A stretch of 64,000 nt of DNA from Clostridia bacterium (GCA_050951325.1 JBMNIW010000011.1:1-64000), one strand, 5' to 3'; positions 9,876 to 20,801 are shown, counted from the stretch's first letter. The notes: generated from the sequence alone by a model not told the origin. Translations and numbers: made by a program.

Positions 9876-11332
9876 AGATGTCTCCTCCTAAACCAGACAA
9901 CTCCTCCAGCAATCATTATGCAAGCAGGCCATGCTATAATTGAGAATATTCCAAGCATGTCTTTTTGCTTGTCTGTTACAGATATCGCACTTCCGCTGGT
10001 AGCTGCAACAATAGGAATGTAGTCACCCTCGTTAAGAGAGGAATGCATCCACTGAAGTGTGTACAATACTACTGACCCTGCAGTGTTTCCATAAACCGAT
10101 ACATAGTCATCCCTCACATTCAGACTGGAGCCTGTAAGAAGTATCTTGGATGAACTGGTCGGTCTTGTATAAGTTGCGGATGCAGCCAATACCTGAGTAC
10201 CTACAACACCCTTGTTCTCATCCAAATTAGCACCCTCAACAATGGGCACCGCCTTTGCTTCCGGGGATGATACAACTATTGCATCAGCTTTCACATAATC
10301 GTTTGTCCTGCTAAAAACTTCAATGGTTCTTGTTTCAAAAACCTTTATTTTAGTTTCGGGCACCTTGGAAAGAGCTCCTGCAGTCTTTGTTGTTGCATCA
10401 AATCTCATTGGCAGGTTGCTCAAATGGTAATTCGGTGACTCAAAAACTACATCGTTGTTGATTCTCAAGTTGAACAAGTCAAATATCTTGTTAAAGTTCT
10501 CAAACTTCGTACCCGAAATGTCATAGTCCATCATGAATACCGCATGATGTCCACCTTCATCAAACCATTTGCTTAAGTTGTCATAAGCCTGAAGGGACAA
10601 ATCCTGCTTTGGTCCTATGAACATTATGATGGTTGCATCTTCAGGTATGTCGTCCTTGCTGAGATCAAGAGTATCAACCTCAAAGTTGATATACTCAATA
10701 TTTTTCTTAAGTTCCGAGTATTGGGATATATTCCTTTCTCCGAAACCGGTAGACAGGTATATCTTTGGAATTTCCTCGCTGGTTACATACAGTATTGAGC
10801 TGGTAACACTCTTCTCAATGGAATATCCCACTAATACTTCGGAAAACGAACCAAAATCCATCTGTGTAATATACATGTCCTTTGAAGCTATACGTTTTAT
10901 CTTGTCTCCAGACTTTACAATATAGTCTCCCTTTGAAAACTCAGCAGCCCTTTCCTGACCTACAGTATTAACAACATACGCAGGGTTCTTGTCAGTATCC
11001 ACATATTTGACGGTTATGTTGTCGTATCTGTCATATCTGTCAAGCATTTTGATAACAACGCTTTGTCTTAAATCCGCCTCTCCCCTGACCCTGTCATACA
11101 AGGCGGTTATCTCAACCTCTTTGCCCTCTTTTTCAATACCGTCCAAAAGTCTAATGGAATCCTTGGTCAGTGAATACATTTTCTGCTCAGTAAGGTCTAT
11201 CGTAAGGGGCAGGTTTTCCAACACCACATTAACTATGACTGCAACAATAATTACAACAACAGTAAGTACAATCGAGTTTGTTCCGTATCTAAATCTTCTT
11301 TTTGTCTTCTCGCTTAATTTCATTTGTCCCAA
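9872..11332 (-). CDS. GldG-family ABC transporter auxiliary component
   Basis: YGTNS..IDLT..YSLT N-terminus, IYLSTGFGE, C-terminal TM followed by RRR. Confidence 0.85.
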   Translation of the reverse strand: MGQMKLSEKTKRRFRYGTNSIVLTVVVIIVAVIVNVVLENLPLTIDLTEQKMYSLTKDSIRLLDGIEKEGKEVEITALYDRVRGEADLRQSVVIKMLDRYDRYDNITVKYVDTDKNPAYVVNTVGQERAAEFSKGDYIVKSGDKIKRIASKDMYITQMDFGSFSEVLVGYSIEKSVTSSILYVTSEEIPKIYLSTGFGERNISQYSELKKNIEYINFEVDTLDLSKDDIPEDATIIMFIGPKQDLSLQAYDNLSKWFDEGGHHAVFMMDYDISGTKFENFNKIFDLFNLRINNDVVFESPNYHLSNLPMRFDATTKTAGALSKVPETKIKVFETRTIEVFSRTNDYVKADAIVVSSPEAKAVPIVEGANLDENKGVVGTQVLAASATYTRPTSSSKILLTGSSLNVRDDYVSVYGNTAGSVVLYTLQWMHSSLNEGDYIPIVAATSGSAISVTDKQKDMLGIFSIIAWPACIMIAGGVVWFRRRHL

Positions 11333-11337
11333 CCTCC

Positions 11338-12039
11338 TTAACTCCAGCGCTTGCGTTCATAGTTCATGCCTGTAACGAACAGCATTACCAGAGTAAAACT
11401 GATATAGTAGAACAAGGAGGCAAAGCTGAAAGCTCCATATGCAAAGTCGTTGTATCTGGTAAGCAGGGACATCCATCTAAAAATGTCACCTATTGCGCCT
11501 CCTACGGAAGCTCCGATTGACTGTAAAAACCACATACAAAGCAGAATAACTATACCGGAAACCGCCGCTACTATCTGATTCTCTGTCAGTGAAGATGTAA
11601 AAAGTCCCACTGCAAGAAAAGACGCTCCCATGACAAAGAATCCGATATATCCGCCAACAGTCATCGCCATCGGAATATCTCCCAGAATGCTGATAATTAT
11701 TGGGTAAATGAAAGAAAGCACAATCATAACAGAAAATACTGTCAACGCTGCAAGATACTTGCCAACGATTATCTGTGGCACGGTTATCGGAGATGTTCTC
11801 AAAAGAACATCGGTACCGTTTCTCTTCTCATCAGCCAATAATTTCATGGTTATGACAGGCGCCAGGAATATGAGAAATAGTGAAATTGTACTCAGAGTTT
11901 CTGAAAATTCCGTACTGCCGATAATTATGTTGTTTATCCAGAAAAACAAACCGGTTAGTACCATGAAGAAACCAATTACACTATATGCAATGGGAGATCT
12001 GAAAAATGCAGCAACTTCCCTTTTGTAAATCGTAATCAT
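11338..12039 (-). CDS. ABC-2 type permease (GldF-like)
   Basis: FRSPIAY, ADEKRNGT..LLRTSP and SSLTENQIVAA motifs. Confidence 0.9.
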   Translation of the reverse strand: MITIYKREVAAFFRSPIAYSVIGFFMVLTGLFFWINNIIIGSTEFSETLSTISLFLIFLAPVITMKLLADEKRNGTDVLLRTSPITVPQIIVGKYLAALTVFSVMIVLSFIYPIIISILGDIPMAMTVGGYIGFFVMGASFLAVGLFTSSLTENQIVAAVSGIVILLCMWFLQSIGASVGGAIGDIFRWMSLLTRYNDFAYGAFSFASLFYYISFTLVMLFVTGMNYERKRWS

Positions 12040-12989
12040 CTAATCTCCTCCCTTACAGGCGTATCTTTTGATACAACGTCCAGGAATATGTCCTCAATTG
12101 TCTTGCCAACAGGTCTGAGCTCGATAATTGGGTAGTTTGCCTTGGACATTTCATTAAACAGTTCCCTTCTGATATCCGTCTTCGACTCAACGAGAAACAT
12201 GTTCACATCCCCATCGACACGCAGAAAATCAACGTATTTTATGTTGTTGATTCCATTTATCTTCTTTAATATATCATTTTTGGAACCAATAATATGCACC
12301 ATAAACTTGTTGCTGGATCCGATTGTGGCTGAAAAATTGGAAACAGAACCTGCTGCCGCAATTTTTCCCTTGTTAATGATTATTACATCCGAGCAGACTG
12401 CACTGACTTCGGATAATATGTGAGTGCTCAGTATAACGGTATGATCCCTTCCCAGGGCCATTATGAGCTTTCTAATTTCAATAATCTGTTTTGGGTCAAG
12501 CCCTACGGTGGGCTCGTCCAGAATAAGTACAGGAGGATCTCCAACCAACGCTTGTGCAAGACCTACACGCTGTCTATATCCTTTTGAAAGGTTTTTGATT
12601 AGTCTTTTTCTCATGTCCCCTATTTTAACAAGATACATGATGTCGTCCAATTGTGACTTTCTCTTTCTAAGCTCCACACCTTTCAAGTCACAGATGAAAT
12701 TCAAATATTCCTTGACAGTCATGTCGGTATACAAAGGCGGCTGTTCCGGCAGATAGCCAACAAGCCTTTTTACTTCCTTTGGTTCTTCCATTATGTCATG
12801 GCCTTGTACAAGCACTGTACCAGATGTGGATGGTAGATATCCAGTAATTATGTTCATAGCTGTGGTTTTGCCTGCACCATTGGGCCCCAAAAAGCCTAAT
12901 ATCTCACCCTTGCGCACGTTGAAGCTTACATTGTCAAGCGCAACAATAGAGCCATAGACCTTGGTGAGATTTTTAACTTCTATCATCAA
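12036..12989 (-). CDS. ABC transporter ATP-binding protein (GldA-like)
   Basis: GPNGAGKTT, LSKGYRQR, ILDEPTVGLDP. Confidence 0.95.
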   Translation of the reverse strand: MMIEVKNLTKVYGSIVALDNVSFNVRKGEILGFLGPNGAGKTTAMNIITGYLPSTSGTVLVQGHDIMEEPKEVKRLVGYLPEQPPLYTDMTVKEYLNFICDLKGVELRKRKSQLDDIMYLVKIGDMRKRLIKNLSKGYRQRVGLAQALVGDPPVLILDEPTVGLDPKQIIEIRKLIMALGRDHTVILSTHILSEVSAVCSDVIIINKGKIAAAGSVSNFSATIGSSNKFMVHIIGSKNDILKKINGINNIKYVDFLRVDGDVNMFLVESKTDIRRELFNEMSKANYPIIELRPVGKTIEDIFLDVVSKDTPVREEIR

Positions 12990-13073
12990 TTCTCCTCCTT
13001 ACAAAACATCTCTATTAAATTATATTACATTTGATAATTTTAGCAAATAAAATAATTCTAAACAATCTATAAA

Positions 13074-14120
13074 TCAGAGTATATTTACATATTCAACCGT
13101 TGGGTCGTCATCAGGAAAGAAAGGTATCCCCCTTATCACATGCGTTTCTATCGTATATTTGCCCATTGCATAGTCAAGAGCTATCTTGGAATATTCGGAC
13201 AAATCCGATACGGTAATGCTGTGATGAAGGTTTTTGCGTAAAGTGTTCAATATCTCCTGGGCTTTTGTGATATTCTCGGGAGTAACAAGCTGCTTCGATA
13301 CCTCCACCATCATGTTAAGCTGGTTTGCCTTTCTGTAGGAGTCTCCTGGACTTGGCAGCTGGTTTCCAAACTCGTCGTAACGGTATCTTGCCCTTACATA
13401 GAAAAGAGCCTTCTTGCCGTCCATTTTGTTTCGCCCTTCCTTGATTACCAGCTCTCCCTTGTTGTTGTATATGTTTTCAGGAGCAGTTACCCACACTCCA
13501 CCAAACAAATCCACAATCTCTACAAAACCGTCAAAATTGATGTGCATGTATTCATCAATTTTATACCCCAGCATGCTTTCAATGATATCGCTCATGAAAT
13601 TTATGCCCTTGTTTTCAAACTTTCCATGAGGATAACCTACGAGCCGTCCCAAATATGCGGTCATATTGATTTTGAAAATACCCTTTGCATGCAACAAGCC
13701 TTCTTCGGCAAGTCTTTCCTTCACCCAATCCTCATAAGGAATATATGCATCCCTGGGTATGCTGATAAGCTTAATCTTTTTGTTGTTCGTATCAATATTT
13801 ACAATACAGATGGTGTCTGTAAGACCGCCAGCATCGTCTGCGCCAAGGAGAAGGATGTTCACATCTCCTTCAGCGTTTGGAATGGACGGTTTAGGTTCGT
13901 CAGTTTCAGATGGGTCCTGCGAAGGATTTGGCGTTGGAATTTTAATTCCAGCGCCAAAACTAGTTCCAGGTTTGATATCATTTGGATTTTCAAGTTCGTT
14001 GTTTAAAAAGTTCCACAAAGGAAGTAGAAAATTGAAATACAAAAGTCCAAACAGTACCATGCAGCTGGAAGTAATCAGAAACCTCCTTGCTGCCTTGTTT
14101 ATCTTCATTAGTTGGCTCAC
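13074..14120 (-). CDS. LCP (LytR-CpsA-Psr) family protein
   Basis: N-terminal TM, NILLLGAD..TDTI, ISIPRD, ALFYVRAR. Confidence 0.92.
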   Translation of the reverse strand: MSQLMKINKAARRFLITSSCMVLFGLLYFNFLLPLWNFLNNELENPNDIKPGTSFGAGIKIPTPNPSQDPSETDEPKPSIPNAEGDVNILLLGADDAGGLTDTICIVNIDTNNKKIKLISIPRDAYIPYEDWVKERLAEEGLLHAKGIFKINMTAYLGRLVGYPHGKFENKGINFMSDIIESMLGYKIDEYMHINFDGFVEIVDLFGGVWVTAPENIYNNKGELVIKEGRNKMDGKKALFYVRARYRYDEFGNQLPSPGDSYRKANQLNMMVEVSKQLVTPENITKAQEILNTLRKNLHHSITVSDLSEYSKIALDYAMGKYTIETHVIRGIPFFPDDDPTVEYVNIL

Positions 14121-14150
14121 CTCAAAGCTTTGTCTTTTGCATGTAAAAAA

Positions 14151-15221
14151 TTAGTTCAAAATATCCACGTAGCTTGCATGATCTCCGAATGGGTCAATGT
14201 TCTTGCCTTTAATAAGTACGGTTTCAACCGTGTACAAACCATTGGCATAGTCCAGTGCAATTACAGAATACTCGGGAAGCTCGCCCATCGTTACACTGTG
14301 ATGCACGTTCTTCTTGAGTGAGTTCAATATGTCCTTTGCCCTTGCCACGTTCTGAATAGTAACTATCTGTGACGCTACTTCTTTAAGCATGTTGAGCTGG
14401 TTGGCCTTTCTGTAAGGATCTCCAGAGCTTGGGAGGTTGTTTCCGAACTCGTCGTAACGGTATCTTGCCCTTGCATAGAACAATGCGGTTTTTCCGTCCA
14501 GCTCATTAAGTCCCTCCTTGATAATAAGTTCTCCCTTATTATTATAAATATTCTCAGGAGCGGTAACCTTTATGCCGCCAAACAGATCTACAATCTCGAC
14601 AAATCCCTCAAAGTTGACGTGGATGTATTCGTCAATCTTGTAACCCAGCATAAGTTCTATGATGTCGCACAGGAAACTTATGCCCTTGTTCTCAAACTTG
14701 CCTCCCTGGTAGTTGAGAATCTTCTCGCCTACATATGGTGCTGCATTAATCTTAAACGCACCCTTGACGGTATCAAAACCGACCTGACTCATTCTCTCTC
14801 TGATGGTGTTGTCATATGGAACGTATGCATCTCTTGGTATGGATATAAGTTTAATTTCCTTGGTCTTTACATTCACATTGACAACAATAATTGTGTCCAC
14901 AAGTGATGCTGCGTCATCCGCTCCAAGAATCAAGACATTTAATGTCCCCTCTTCCACAACAGGTACTTCCACTGGTTCTTCACTAGGTCCGGGCGTTGTA
15001 CCTGGTTCAGGTGTGGAATTATCAGGACTTTTAGTTGGCCTTTGCAAATCAAAGGACACAATTGGATCTATATCTTTATTTGACATGTCATCTAATTCAG
15101 CTTCCACCATAAAATTCCAAAACGGCATAAAAAAATTGAAGTAAAATGCAGAAAGTAAAATAACAACAAATGATAATATGGTGCACGTTTTAACAGTTCC
15201 TGACAATCTCAAATCTATCAC
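14151..15221 (-). CDS. LCP family protein (tandem paralog)
   Basis: NVLILGAD..DTI, ISIPRD, ALFYARAR; strongly similar to its neighbour. Confidence 0.92.
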   Translation of the reverse strand: MIDLRLSGTVKTCTILSFVVILLSAFYFNFFMPFWNFMVEAELDDMSNKDIDPIVSFDLQRPTKSPDNSTPEPGTTPGPSEEPVEVPVVEEGTLNVLILGADDAASLVDTIIVVNVNVKTKEIKLISIPRDAYVPYDNTIRERMSQVGFDTVKGAFKINAAPYVGEKILNYQGGKFENKGISFLCDIIELMLGYKIDEYIHVNFEGFVEIVDLFGGIKVTAPENIYNNKGELIIKEGLNELDGKTALFYARARYRYDEFGNNLPSSGDPYRKANQLNMLKEVASQIVTIQNVARAKDILNSLKKNVHHSVTMGELPEYSVIALDYANGLYTVETVLIKGKNIDPFGDHASYVDILN

Positions 15222-15237
15222 CCCTATCTATAATAAT

Positions 15238-17181
15238 CTACGCAAGTTCACTGCGCTCTTTTACATTTATGCTAACAGGTTTAATCTGGTGGTTTCTCAT
15301 TGGTTTGTATGTTGGCACACACATTTTAAGAACACTGATAATTTCATCATCATCTCCACAGTCAGCACATCTTTCAAGTTCTTCAAGCATTTTTGAAACA
15401 TCTTCCCAATGCAAGTCAAAAGGCTTTCCTACAAAGATGCTGTCGTGACATGTTTTAGTCGTACCTTCCTCCGCCTGCAATAGCTCTTCATACAGCTTTT
15501 CTCCTGGTCTCAGACCTGTATAAACAATTTTAATATCCACATGTGGAGTATATCCAGATAACCTTATCATATCCTCAGCAAGATTTGCTATCTTTATTGG
15601 CTTGCCCATATCAAGTATAAAGATTTCTCCACCTTTAGCCATGGCTCCCGCCTGTATAACAAGCCTTGACGCTTCAGGTATTGTCATAAAATATCTGGTA
15701 ACCTCTGGATCAGTAACCGTAACAGGCCCCATGTTCGCAATCTGTTTCTGGAACAACTGGACAACGCTTCCATTTGAACCAAGAACATTTCCAAAACGCA
15801 CCGCAACATATTTTGTAACGCAGTTTTTATCTTTTTTTGCATAAGATTGAATAACCATTTCAGCAATGCGTTTGGTTGCACCCATAACATTTGTTGGATT
15901 GACAGCCTTGTCCGTGGATATCAATACAAATGTACTCACCCTATATATTTTTGACAATTCAACAATATTTAATGTGCCAAAAACATTGTTCTTTATTGCC
16001 TCTCCAGGACTGTCTTCCATAAGCGGAACATGCTTGTGAGCCGCAGCATGGAACACAACATCCGGTCTTTCGACATCGAAAATGTATTCCATTCTTTTGA
16101 AGTCTCTTATGGAGCCAATATATATGCGGATGGGTAAATCATCCTTGTATATAAATTTCAATTCGTTTTCCAAATCGTATACATTGTTTTCATAGATGTC
16201 GACCAAAACAAGACGCTTCGGCTTGTAAGACAAAATCTGTCTGCAGATTTCGCTTCCAATTGAGCCACCGGCTCCAGTAACAAGAATCGTCTTGTTGTTA
16301 ATATACCCGCTTATTTCATCAATATCAATTTTTGCTTCTTTTCTTCCCAATATGTCATATATGCTGACGTCCCTTATCTGCCTTGAATCAAGATATCCGT
16401 CTATAATCAAATCATACAGGGCTGGTAATGTCTTTAGTTTGCATTTTGTCTTGTTGCATTTCTCAATAATATCAGACATCTGCTCAGGAGTAGCAGAGGG
16501 AACTGCAATGATAATCGTATCTATTTCCATAACATCGGTTAAAGTTACCAAATCCGTGCTGGGTCCATATACTTTGAGTCCTGAAACCTTTGTACCACTT
16601 TTGCTCAAATCATCATCATAAAAGCACATCACTTTGTAATCGCTCTTTACATTGTTTGAGATATCTCTGTGAAGAGCAATACCCGCATTGCCTGCTCCAT
16701 ACACAAGCACCTTGTTTTTCGGCTTCTTAAGAAATTTTATTACAAAAGCCCTGTAAGCGGAACCTGCAACCCTTGGCAATACTCTTATTCCCAATGTGAA
16801 GAACATTATTAAAAGTCCAGCAATAAGAACAAAGGAGTTTGTAAATCTTACAGAACCGTTGACTCTGGGCAGAACAAAATTGTTAAAAAGAAACACCATG
16901 TTTGTGCCCACTATATTTCCTGCCAATCCCTTGAACATGTCGTAAATGGAAATGTGCGCCAGCATTGTGTAATACATTTCAAAAATCGCAAATGACAGTA
17001 TATATATTGCAATTACAACAATCGATGCAGGTGAGTAAATCAACCTGTTTATATTTGAGGGCACCGATATATTATCGAGCGGAAACATTATGTACAATGT
17101 CAAAAAATACCCTATTATAACAGCAAGTATGTCAATAGGAACTAGCAGTAATGGTTTTAATCTAATCCTCACCGTATTCAT
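15238..17181 (-). CDS. CapD/PglF-like nucleoside-diphosphate sugar 4,6-dehydratase
   Basis: N-terminal TMs, GAGNAG, TGAGGSIGSE, HAAAHKHVP, STDKAVNPTNVMGATK. Confidence 0.95.
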   Translation of the reverse strand: MNTVRIRLKPLLLVPIDILAVIIGYFLTLYIMFPLDNISVPSNINRLIYSPASIVVIAIYILSFAIFEMYYTMLAHISIYDMFKGLAGNIVGTNMVFLFNNFVLPRVNGSVRFTNSFVLIAGLLIMFFTLGIRVLPRVAGSAYRAFVIKFLKKPKNKVLVYGAGNAGIALHRDISNNVKSDYKVMCFYDDDLSKSGTKVSGLKVYGPSTDLVTLTDVMEIDTIIIAVPSATPEQMSDIIEKCNKTKCKLKTLPALYDLIIDGYLDSRQIRDVSIYDILGRKEAKIDIDEISGYINNKTILVTGAGGSIGSEICRQILSYKPKRLVLVDIYENNVYDLENELKFIYKDDLPIRIYIGSIRDFKRMEYIFDVERPDVVFHAAAHKHVPLMEDSPGEAIKNNVFGTLNIVELSKIYRVSTFVLISTDKAVNPTNVMGATKRIAEMVIQSYAKKDKNCVTKYVAVRFGNVLGSNGSVVQLFQKQIANMGPVTVTDPEVTRYFMTIPEASRLVIQAGAMAKGGEIFILDMGKPIKIANLAEDMIRLSGYTPHVDIKIVYTGLRPGEKLYEELLQAEEGTTKTCHDSIFVGKPFDLHWEDVSKMLEELERCADCGDDDEIISVLKMCVPTYKPMRNHQIKPVSINVKERSELA

Positions 17182-17295
17182 CTCCAGCTACAGCAAAATT
17201 ATTTCTTTTCCTACAATAGCAAATGCATGCTTTATTGTCAAGCCAAATTAAATGGCTTCCATTAGTATATCACATTTAATGAATTTTTCTCAATC

Positions 17296-17322
17296 AAAAA
17301 AAGGCAGTGTTCCTGCCTTTTT
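17296..17322. terminator. Intrinsic terminator
   Basis: AAAAAAAGGCAG-TGTTC-CTGCCTTTTT hairpin with A/T tails downstream of 17335-17874. Confidence 0.7.
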
Positions 17323-17334
17323 CCGTGCATTTTT

Positions 17335-17874
17335 TCAATCAATATTTCTGTCATAATAGTATTTATAATTACCAACCAACTCGATTATACATCTGCCATT
17401 TGGTTCTATTCCCTCTTTCTTTATTATTGTTTCAGGATATATTATCATGCCTTCTTCCATCAACGTCAACTTCTCTACATTATACCTGAATTCATATATG
17501 TAATCCCCGTTTTCATCCACAAAAACAATTCGTCTTAATATTTCAGTATCAACTGCCTCAACCTGGTTGATGGAAATATCCAGATTATACTGTCTGGCAA
17601 AGGATTCACCACTCATGTAGTTGTCTTTAAAGACATATGCCCTGTCATACTCAAATTGAAAAACATCACCAACAAGAAACTCATCCTGGGCATCACAAAG
17701 CTTCTTAATCTTTTTGACATACGAATCAGCCTTTTTGTAATCATAGCCATCGTCCAACTCTTTTAGTGTGCCTAATGCTGATCTAATTCCTAAAAGAATC
17801 AAAGATAAAGCAAAAACACCAATTATGGCAATAACCACTACCTTTACTTTGCTACTCATCATTCTTCCTCTCAA
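17335..17874 (-). CDS. Hypothetical protein with N-terminal membrane anchor
   Basis: 179-aa ORF, hydrophobic N-terminus, own terminator. Confidence 0.7.
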   Translation of the reverse strand: MRGRMMSSKVKVVVIAIIGVFALSLILLGIRSALGTLKELDDGYDYKKADSYVKKIKKLCDAQDEFLVGDVFQFEYDRAYVFKDNYMSGESFARQYNLDISINQVEAVDTEILRRIVFVDENGDYIYEFRYNVEKLTLMEEGMIIYPETIIKKEGIEPNGRCIIELVGNYKYYYDRNID

Positions 17875-17937
17875 ATGTGTGCGAAATAATAATTTTGTTA
17901 ATTGAATTATAGTAGCGTACTATAAAATAATCAACAT

Positions 17938-17976
17938 AAAAGCCACAAAAATCCATGTGGATTTTTGCGGCTTTTT
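17938..17976. terminator. Intrinsic terminator
   Basis: AAAAGCCACAAAAATCCA / TGGATTTTTGCGGCTTTT inverted repeat downstream of the SPOCS gene. Confidence 0.7.
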
Positions 17977-18002
17977 CTTGTTAATCATTTTGTTTGGATT
18001 TC

Positions 18003-19559
18003 TTATGTCGGAATCAGTAGTTTCTGACCAGGTCTCAGCACATCCGGATTTGTCAGATTGTTTACATTCTGCAGGATGTTAAGAGGTGCGCTGTATCTCT
18101 TTGCAACCTTCCACAGAGTGTCACCCGGCTGAACCACATACAGGAGAATTGACGGCCTGTTGGTAAAGTCCTTGTCTGCTTCCTCGGGCATTCTTGCCTC
18201 CACTATTGTATTAATATGGTTGATGCATGCAACATCAAGCCTTACACTGATAGCAATCCTAAGTTCCAGTTCCTGTCCTGAAAGAATGCTGTAGCTGGTA
18301 TGACTGACATCCAGTTTGGCCTTGACCTCCGGATTATCCACATCAAAGTTTCTGTCAAAGGTCTGAGTGAATGGAATCTGCTGGGTGAAAGATGCAATCG
18401 GAGACTCCGGATCATCCGAGAGATACAGTACATTGCAGAAAACAAAGCCCTCTACCGTTGCAACTCCATCTTCCACAATCACATCCGCCTGGCCGATGGT
18501 TCCGTTAACATTAATGACCTCGGACATGTTTGGATCTTCTTCCGATTTGGATACTACCTCCTTGAGTACGAACTGGGTTGCCACATCGCCTATCTTTAAC
18601 GGGGTGTCTATCACTTCATAGTCCAAATCAAAGTTCTTGGTAAGTGAGTAGGCGTCAGTCAGAACCTCACATTCTTTTGTGACATATCCGCTAAGAACAA
18701 AATCTATGTTCGCATCCAAGGCAAGCATTCTCTTGTCTCCATCCGCGTCTTCCACCACATCCGCCCTGAAATCCGCTATGTTTGTCTTTACATCATATGT
18801 AACTTCAGGTTCATCATCCTCAATTTGCAGATTCTGCGTAAAAGGAATCTGGTTCTCCAACACTTGTGTTGACTGGTTTGCATCATCCGCTACATACAGG
18901 GCACAAATGTTCAAATATCCTTTTACCTGGACTTTTTCATCATCTACAGAGAAGTTCACATCAGAAAGCCTTGCATCCGTTCTTAACAGATCCAGAACCG
19001 GAGACTTTCCAGAGGGGATTTCAATAACGTCGGATATGGACAGGTTGGCATTCTCTGTTCTGCAAACACTGCTAATCCTGAAGGTATTCCTCTGAGCCTG
19101 AATGTCATCAAGACCGTCAAGTCCTGCTGTAATTCCCTTCTCCTCCGTATTGTACAGCTCAGGCTCAATCTTCACCACTGTCCTGAAAGCCAGTTTTCTA
19201 CTGTTTATGAATGTGTGCTCCGTATGCTCTATGATGCATTCAACCCTGCATTCGGTATTGGAATCGACTTCAGGGGCGTCAAAGGTTGCTGAGTGATTTG
19301 CCATTGTGGAGAAGGATTTGATTGAAGCCTCCGCATTATCCGCCAAATACAGAATTCTGTATTTTATACTGAAATCCACTGTCACCTGATCTTTCATTAC
19401 AGATACTCTGTCCACTGTTGAAACACCGTCTGCCACAAGTACCTTCAACATGTCAGGCAAGGCATCTGGAACGATGCAGTCGTGCTCATATACAGAACGG
19501 CTTGGGGGTACCAAAATCACCTTTGTCATTTTTACATAATCTTTTATCAACTCTATCAT
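18003..19559 (-). CDS. SPOCS (DUF3794) + LysM spore coat morphogenetic protein, SipL-like
   Basis: DCIVPDALPDM N-terminus, repeated SPOCS-like units, C-terminal LysM YVVQPGDTLWKVAKRY. Confidence 0.9.
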   Translation of the reverse strand: MIELIKDYVKMTKVILVPPSRSVYEHDCIVPDALPDMLKVLVADGVSTVDRVSVMKDQVTVDFSIKYRILYLADNAEASIKSFSTMANHSATFDAPEVDSNTECRVECIIEHTEHTFINSRKLAFRTVVKIEPELYNTEEKGITAGLDGLDDIQAQRNTFRISSVCRTENANLSISDVIEIPSGKSPVLDLLRTDARLSDVNFSVDDEKVQVKGYLNICALYVADDANQSTQVLENQIPFTQNLQIEDDEPEVTYDVKTNIADFRADVVEDADGDKRMLALDANIDFVLSGYVTKECEVLTDAYSLTKNFDLDYEVIDTPLKIGDVATQFVLKEVVSKSEEDPNMSEVINVNGTIGQADVIVEDGVATVEGFVFCNVLYLSDDPESPIASFTQQIPFTQTFDRNFDVDNPEVKAKLDVSHTSYSILSGQELELRIAISVRLDVACINHINTIVEARMPEEADKDFTNRPSILLYVVQPGDTLWKVAKRYSAPLNILQNVNNLTNPDVLRPGQKLLIPT

Positions 19560-19598
19560 TATCCGTCCTCCTAGCTGAGTATTTTCATGGGTTTGTAA

Positions 19599-19629
19599 AT
19601 TTATATGCCGAGAAAAATATTCTTATGCA
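19599..19629 (-). promoter_or_regulatory. Putative sigma-E promoter
   Basis: GCATA-N16-CATATAAAT upstream of the SipL-like gene. Confidence 0.55.
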
Positions 19630-19634
19630 TCCTC

Positions 19635-20711
19635 TCAGTCAAAGATTGAAAGTATTTTCTCGATACTCTTTCTTTCCTCTTCAATTTCCTTAAGTTTCTC
19701 AATACAGCTTTTTTCACACCAGCTCTTCCTTGAGTTGTAATACCTGTTTACATTCCTCCAAAACTTCTGTGGAAACATAAGTAAAAGCTTTAGAATATAC
19801 ATTTCATCCTTGGACATTGGCCTTACAGAGTTGTAATGATCAAGGATGAATTTCGCATCATTGATTGACCAGTGGCTTTTTCTAAGTTTTCTTCTCAAGA
19901 AGTTTGCCACATCATAAACTGGTAGCTCAATTGCACAAAAATCAAAATTTGACACAAAGTCACCCATAGGCCCTGTAATTATATTGTGGGCCGTATAGTC
20001 TCTGTGGCATATTGTACCTTCCAAACAGGCTTCCTTAACAATTTCATCGTAAGCGGACGCTTCCAAATCTTGAATAACCCTTTCTGCAAGTGCTATGTAA
20101 TTGTCACAAACCAGAAGGTATTCAAGCTCAAACTTTCCTCTGTTCCTTAAAGCAACCTTCTTGTACCTTATCAGATCATTCAGTCTTTTTTTGAAAAGGC
20201 CTGGCGTCTGTCCAATGGAACACCTTACCCACAAATTCACTTTATCCTCAATGAGTTTTCCGTCTCCAAACTCAGCCATCTTCAAGCCATCAATTGAACA
20301 AACACCCTTAAGCATCTTTTCTCTTGCATATTCTAAATTGAATCCCTTGGATGCAATATGCATTCTTCCAAGCATGTATGATGCTTCCGAAAGATGCTTG
20401 TAATTGTCAAAACTCATTTCACAACCTTGAATAACGGGAGTAAGTGTGTAAAAACCACCGCTTAGTCTGACAAAAGGCATGTCATGCTTGTTTTTTATGT
20501 AAGAACAAACATTGCCAAATCCGTTGTTTTTTAGATGTTCCACTGCAATAAATGTGTAGTATGTCCTTGCAGGTGGTCCCTTTATTGGCCTTAGTATGTA
20601 TCTGGAAGCGTCCTTTGCTGTAATGTTGTACGAGTCTCTTGTCTGTACTAATCTGTCAACCTTGATTCCGTAAGCCTCTTCTATTATTCTAACATCATCC
20701 GAAGTCATCAT
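19635..20711 (-). CDS. CotS-family spore coat protein (kinase-like fold)
   Basis: CHRDYTAHN, NFDFC..ELPVYD, LMFPQKFW. Confidence 0.88.
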   Translation of the reverse strand: MMTSDDVRIIEEAYGIKVDRLVQTRDSYNITAKDASRYILRPIKGPPARTYYTFIAVEHLKNNGFGNVCSYIKNKHDMPFVRLSGGFYTLTPVIQGCEMSFDNYKHLSEASYMLGRMHIASKGFNLEYAREKMLKGVCSIDGLKMAEFGDGKLIEDKVNLWVRCSIGQTPGLFKKRLNDLIRYKKVALRNRGKFELEYLLVCDNYIALAERVIQDLEASAYDEIVKEACLEGTICHRDYTAHNIITGPMGDFVSNFDFCAIELPVYDVANFLRRKLRKSHWSINDAKFILDHYNSVRPMSKDEMYILKLLLMFPQKFWRNVNRYYNSRKSWCEKSCIEKLKEIEEERKSIEKILSIFD

Positions 20712-20740
20712 TTTACCCCCTTATAGAAATGACAGCTAGA

Positions 20741-20772
20741 ATAATATATGTACAAAACTATTCATGTATGAC
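20741..20772 (-). promoter_or_regulatory. Putative mother-cell (sigma-E/K) promoter
   Basis: GTCATA-N16-CATATATTAT upstream of the CotS-family gene. Confidence 0.55.
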
Positions 20773-20801
20773 AGATTAGACAATCAAGTAATATGATTTT
20801 G

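Noticed and set aside
9872-12989. Gliding motility system
   Set aside because: GldA/F/G-like ABC modules are common in clostridia without gliding; no other gld/spr genes are present.
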